NCBI RefSeq assembly: GCF_001050135.1
Contig: NZ_CP012040.1
Location: 1,646,997-1,710,996 of the forward strand
DNA length: 64,000 nucleotides
Source: Cyclobacterium amurskyense
GTDB lineage: Bacteria; Bacteroidota; Bacteroidia; Cytophagales; Cyclobacteriaceae
Direction: 5' to 3'
A program made the position numbers and the translations under genes. Positions 60,822 to 64,000 of the stretch are shown one piece after another; position 1 is the first letter of the stretch, and each line of letters opens with the position of its first letter. Under the pieces are notes generated by a model that saw only the letters and a program-made list of their open reading frames with translations, made no database searches and had not been told where the DNA came from.

Positions 60822-61727
60822 ATGCCTTGTAAAAGTCCTTCATTAGAAAGAGTAACCGAAAAATCTGAGAAAGCTAAAAAACAAATTGAGCAATTAAATA
60901 AACAATTGTCAGATTTGGAAAATTCTGCTAAAGAGAAATTTGAAAAAAAAATTAAAGAACACTCTGAAAAGGCTAATGTCTATGATTTTAGACAATTAAT
61001 ATTTAATTCAGCTATAAAGACTGAATATTCCCACGAATTTAGTTTAGATAAAATTGCACCTGTAATTTCAGCTGCACTCGAGGCTGTATCCCAGTCCTTA
61101 ACAGGCGGAGTAATGCAAATTTTAACTTCCCCAAAAGCTGTAAGCAGTTATTCAGATTTAGTATTATCAATATCTGAAGCAGCAAAATCTACTTCATCTG
61201 CATCCAATAGTTTGAGTTTTAGTGCTAATAGAATTGCGCCTGGTGTATTTGCATTTTTGTCAGCTAATTCAATTTCAATAAAAGACAAAGATACCTTTGG
61301 AGAAGAAGCTGTTACAGCGACTTCAATTTTTTATAGTTTAAATAATAGTATAGAAGACCTTAAACAATCAACAAGTTTTGAATTAGCTTATTTAAATGCG
61401 GAATTGATGCTAAAATTTAAGAACATCCAAATTGGAAATACTGACGATTTATCTAAAGGATTAATCACTATTGCTGTTTGGAATGAAAAATATTTATTGA
61501 TTGAGGAGATTATGAAAAATATTCGAGAAAGATTAGATAATTCCACGTTCAAAGATATAATAGCAAGGTCTAAAGACGAAGATGTAGATATAGATTCTAC
61601 ACTTTTCAACACAAGTAAGAATAGACTTATACTTGAACAATCAGTTCTGCAATTTGAAAATCGTGGTTCATTATATAAAGGCGCTTTGGAAAATGCGAAA
61701 ACAATGTTGAACAACCCGCTTTTTTAA
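60822..61727 (+). CDS. hypothetical protein (AT-rich island)
   Basis: 301 aa with N-terminal coiled coil and Ser-rich middle. Ends ...AKTMLNNPLF. Confidence 0.35.
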   Translation: MPCKSPSLERVTEKSEKAKKQIEQLNKQLSDLENSAKEKFEKKIKEHSEKANVYDFRQLIFNSAIKTEYSHEFSLDKIAPVISAALEAVSQSLTGGVMQILTSPKAVSSYSDLVLSISEAAKSTSSASNSLSFSANRIAPGVFAFLSANSISIKDKDTFGEEAVTATSIFYSLNNSIEDLKQSTSFELAYLNAELMLKFKNIQIGNTDDLSKGLITIAVWNEKYLLIEEIMKNIRERLDNSTFKDIIARSKDEDVDIDSTLFNTSKNRLILEQSVLQFENRGSLYKGALENAKTMLNNPLF

Positions 61728-61772
61728 ATCAATCATATAATAGTTTTAATATTAATCTAAAAAAATATACTA

Positions 61773-62294
61773 ATGATTATTACTTTTAATGATAAACAAC
61801 CGAAAGTAGAAGAAGCAACAGAAATGGCTAATTCTGTTTTAAAAAACCCTCTTTTTTATTCTAAAATTCGTGAAAAAGATAGCTTTGACTTAAGTACAGC
61901 CTCACCACAAAATATAGCAGATTTAATAGAACAATCAGATTTAGAGTTTAAAATAGACCTTTTCTATCCATCAGGTTGGAAAGCCATAAAGTACAGAAAA
62001 ACTTTTGCTTATATGGATAGTCGATTCCCAAATACTTTATTTTTGAATTTAAAAAAGTTAAAAAGAAGTTCAAAAAGTATTGCAGCGACAATTATACACG
62101 AGAGTTTGCACGCTCTAGACCACGAAGCTATTGAATATACTTTCGGTCACGGAAATAACAGTTCAAAAGGAAAATCTAATACAGCACCATATTGGGTTGG
62201 AAATCTAGCAAATAAAATCTTGGAAGGCGATTTCGATGCTAAATTATTGGTTTTTGACCAAATAGAAGATGACGAAAATGATTATCTCGTGTAA
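61773..62294 (+). CDS. small HExxH-motif protein (putative minimal zinc metallopeptidase/toxin-like domain)
   Basis: IIHESLHALDHE contains HExxH plus a downstream acidic/His residue. N-terminal ANSVLKNPLF echoes the C-terminus of the upstream protein. Confidence 0.35.
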   Translation: MIITFNDKQPKVEEATEMANSVLKNPLFYSKIREKDSFDLSTASPQNIADLIEQSDLEFKIDLFYPSGWKAIKYRKTFAYMDSRFPNTLFLNLKKLKRSSKSIAATIIHESLHALDHEAIEYTFGHGNNSSKGKSNTAPYWVGNLANKILEGDFDAKLLVFDQIEDDENDYLV

Positions 62295-63140
62295 ATAAAC
62301 TGCTTACAACAATTAAGCTACAATGATGCTAAGTAAGGCTTCGGTTCAATATAGCGGGTGTTGAACTCAAGCTCCGGTAGCTTTCTGCTATGGGGATAGG
62401 AATGGTTTTGTTGCGTAAATCAGGGAATTAGGTGGTAGCAAAATTATTAAAAAGTAGACGAATTGATTGTCTAGTAGGGCTTTTATGTCCTTGCCTCATT
62501 GATTTTTGAGTTGCTTTTTGAGGTCTTAGAAAACCTAAAACATAGGTATACCAGGGCTTCCAGTGAAGCATTTTTGATAAATTGTGATTATTGGCGAGGT
62601 TATGCATTTTGGAGTTGGTTTTTGGGTACTCCTCACTACGGGGCGATTAACTTGGTTGTAATAAGCATTTTATTTCCACAGCAGTGGCACCTTTCAGGAT
62701 TGTAATTGAGTTTTTCTTTGGCAATCTATATCCAAGAAAATTCAGCTTTTTGCCATTTAAGTTGCTTGAGGTCTTTTTTTGCCGGATTTAGCTCTTTGTT
62801 CTTGTTTTTGGATGTCAATAAACCATGATGGCGTATCCTTTTCTTCTCAGGCTTGACAAAATAATAGTAGAAATCAGAATTGGACTTTGGGCTACTGCCC
62901 AGACGCCATCTGGCCCATCACGGCATATCACCCTAATGAATATATATGGTGATTTGCTGATGATTTAAAACCCTGATTTCTTCCAGAAATCCCTGCACAT
63001 AATTAATACCTTAGAAAACCTGAAAAAATGTTAATTCACAGCCTATTGATTTAAGGGTTAATTTTGTATATTAGTTAGCGAATAACCATGCGGGGGCACG
63101 CACTTTGTAAAATAAATTAAAATACAACCTATATTCAATT

Positions 63141-63482
63141 ATGGAAATTGAAAATGCAATTATAATCTCTCTTACTACCTACAAGATAACCTCTCTTTTA
63201 GTTGGTTTAATTTCAATATATATGGGTTACAATCTATTTATAAAAGGTATTTGGGGGCAAGCAGGAGATTTAGATATGAAATTCCAAGACAACAGATTAA
63301 TTCTTAAAAAAGCTGCCCCTGGAACATTCTTTGCTCTATTTGGCGCAATTATCATATCCATTACATTATGGAAAGGATTAGAATTTAATAAATATTCCAA
63401 TTCTCTAGAAAGTGGTAGTAAAAAGTCAGATGAATTTGAAAATAAAATCCAAGATTTACCAGATGTTCCTCCGATTAAATAA
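63141..63482 (+). CDS. hypothetical small membrane protein
   Basis: 113 aa with two hydrophobic helices, in the AT-rich island. Confidence 0.3.
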   Translation: MEIENAIIISLTTYKITSLLVGLISIYMGYNLFIKGIWGQAGDLDMKFQDNRLILKKAAPGTFFALFGAIIISITLWKGLEFNKYSNSLESGSKKSDEFENKIQDLPDVPPIK

Positions 63483-63490
63483 AAGAATCT

Positions 63491-64000
63491 ATGAAACTCA
63501 AAAAATGGATTGTAGCGTCAATATTTTTAATAATTGCATTTAGCTTCACTTCGAATAATGCACATTATTCGAATAATTTTGGTGAGCTATATAATAAAGG
63601 AAACAATGCATATAAGAATAAGAACTATGTAGACGCATTGAAGTATTTATACTCTTACAAAGTAATCAATGAACATAAACTATCTGATGGGCATAAGGAC
63701 TTCTTGAAAAAATTAAATATTGCAATATTAGATTGCGAACTTAAATTACGCCATAAACTTATCGTCATAAGGGAAAATGAAAACCAAAAAACTACCAGTT
63801 ATTTTAATGGTAATGGTTATGAAATCCCTGAATACTTAAAGGAATTTATTAAGAATCAAAATCCTGACAAACCAATAACTATTTTAGGTGGTAAGGGGCA
63901 TGAGCTACCGGAGAGCTACAATAATTATCTTAAAGATGCAAAATTAGATGGACTTGAAAATATTGATTTTGTAATAATACAAGACAACGAACTAATTATT
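63491..64000 (+). CDS. hypothetical secreted protein (3' partial, runs off window)
   Basis: ATG at 63491 with signal peptide MKLKKWIVASIFLIIAFSF. The frame is open to the window end. Confidence 0.35.
   Translation, partial: MKLKKWIVASIFLIIAFSFTSNNAHYSNNFGELYNKGNNAYKNKNYVDALKYLYSYKVINEHKLSDGHKDFLKKLNIAILDCELKLRHKLIVIRENENQKTTSYFNGNGYEIPEYLKEFIKNQNPDKPITILGGKGHELPESYNNYLKDAKLDGLENIDFVIIQDNELII

Noticed and set aside
62300-62460. Possible tRNA or tmRNA-like sequence (ggttcaatat..., gctccggtagc)
   Set aside because: I could not fold it into a cloverleaf, and there is no GTTCGAATC-type T-arm or CCA end.
1-64000. CRISPR arrays, rRNA operons
   Set aside because: No regularly spaced short repeats and no rRNA-like conserved stretches were seen. 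The only tandem-like repeats are the TTTCATG elements upstream of fic, which are irregular and promoter-sized.

Overview
The window reads as a Bacteroidota-type chromosome. Coding density is high, GC is moderate, TonB-dependent receptors are abundant, and there is a GldD-like lipoprotein. The left 27 kb is mostly core or housekeeping. It includes hflX, mtgA, rfbC, a CpsB-type phosphatase, an NAD-dependent epimerase, comA-like phosphosulfolactate synthase, DUF368, aroE, a secreted zinc metalloprotease, two TonB-dependent receptors, a fatty-acid desaturase, a nitroreductase, and a two-subunit GMC (gluconate-2-dehydrogenase-like) oxidoreductase. Between that oxidoreductase and the conserved ileS-lspA pair lies a ~10.4 kb module, from about 28.0 to 38.45 kb, bracketed by two copies of a ~70-nt terminator-like direct repeat. 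The module encodes a divergent XRE-HTH/S24-like regulator, a YbjN (T3SS-chaperone-fold)-like protein, PspA/IM30, a YqiJ/NfeD-like membrane protein, a 688-aa flotillin, and a 1622-aa protein whose only recognisable domain is a C-terminal MoxR/dynein-like AAA+ ATPase. I consider this PspA-flotillin-giant-ATPase island the most interesting, possibly uncharacterised, system in the window. Downstream are dgt, an RND efflux triad, a CBM9-like protein, DUF4382, ribD and a GAF/MsrC-like gene. After 54 kb comes a patchy accessory region. It holds an AT-rich methyltransferase, a class-II Fic protein preceded by an array of TTTCATGAAA palindromes and flanked by two IS91-like transposase C-terminal remnants, AraC, a second methyltransferase, and a very AT-rich island (59.7-64 kb) of hypothetical genes that includes a small HExxH protein. 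I recognised no rRNA, tRNA or CRISPR arrays.
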